DNA of 34,597 bases from the NCBI GenBank assembly GCA_014729615.1, contig WJJQ01000039.1, positions 1-34,597 on the forward strand, read 5' to 3'. This DNA is from Candidatus Peregrinibacteria bacterium (GTDB lineage Bacteria > Patescibacteriota > Gracilibacteria > UBA1369). Every line of letters starts with the position of its first letter. The first letter of the stretch is position 1. Below are positions 34,578 through 34,597 of the stretch, in pieces. A model generated the notes under the pieces. It had not been told where the DNA came from and did not search any database. It saw only the letters and a list, made by a program, of their open reading frames with translations. The position numbers and the translations under genes were made by a program.

Positions 34578-34597
34578 AATGCATAAGAATGCTAGAC

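Noticed and set aside
1-34597. Looked for CRISPR arrays, tRNA/rRNA genes, transposases, integrases and recognisable defence-system genes
   Set aside because: I found no spaced direct-repeat array, no T-loop (GGTTCGAATCC-like) motifs and no transposase or integrase-like ORFs. The only nuclease-like gene is the small disrupted HNH.

Overview
This is a gene-dense, low-G+C bacterial window. By inference it comes from a small-genome Patescibacteria/CPR-like organism: DUF4012 and DUF3352-like envelope proteins, an O-antigen-ligase-TPR fusion, archaeal-type PurP, and almost no Shine-Dalgarno sequences. Most of it is housekeeping. Recognisable genes are alaS (5' part, running off the left edge), mutS-mutL, lexA, lemA, a GT4-murG-ftsW cell-wall block, lspA, aroE, an SPFH/band-7 gene, an MscS-family channel, a CofE-like ligase plus purN, two tandem purP paralogues, a GlmU-like nucleotidyltransferase, a GT2 and uppP. 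There is also an SLH-anchored Cys-rich repeat surface protein and several hypothetical membrane proteins. I saw no rRNA, tRNA, CRISPR array or transposase. Four observations stand out. (1) The minus-strand leader at 10675..10852 has a consensus promoter, a short ORF with 8 AUG codons in 12, and mutually exclusive antiterminator and terminator hairpins. It sits directly upstream of a divergent SAM-hydrolase (DUF62)-like gene and looks like a methionine-sensing ribosomal attenuator. (2) A roughly 440-nt ORF-free minus-strand unit at 25841..26315 is bounded by a near-consensus promoter and a strong intrinsic terminator and has a G+C-rich core. It is a candidate structured ncRNA of unknown class. 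(3) The lexA promoter carries a GAAC-N4-GTTC-like box at the transcription start and a perfect 18-bp palindrome filling the -35/-10 spacer. (4) An HNH nuclease gene is interrupted by an in-frame TAA. All calls come from reading the sequence and the ORF track by eye; no searches were run.
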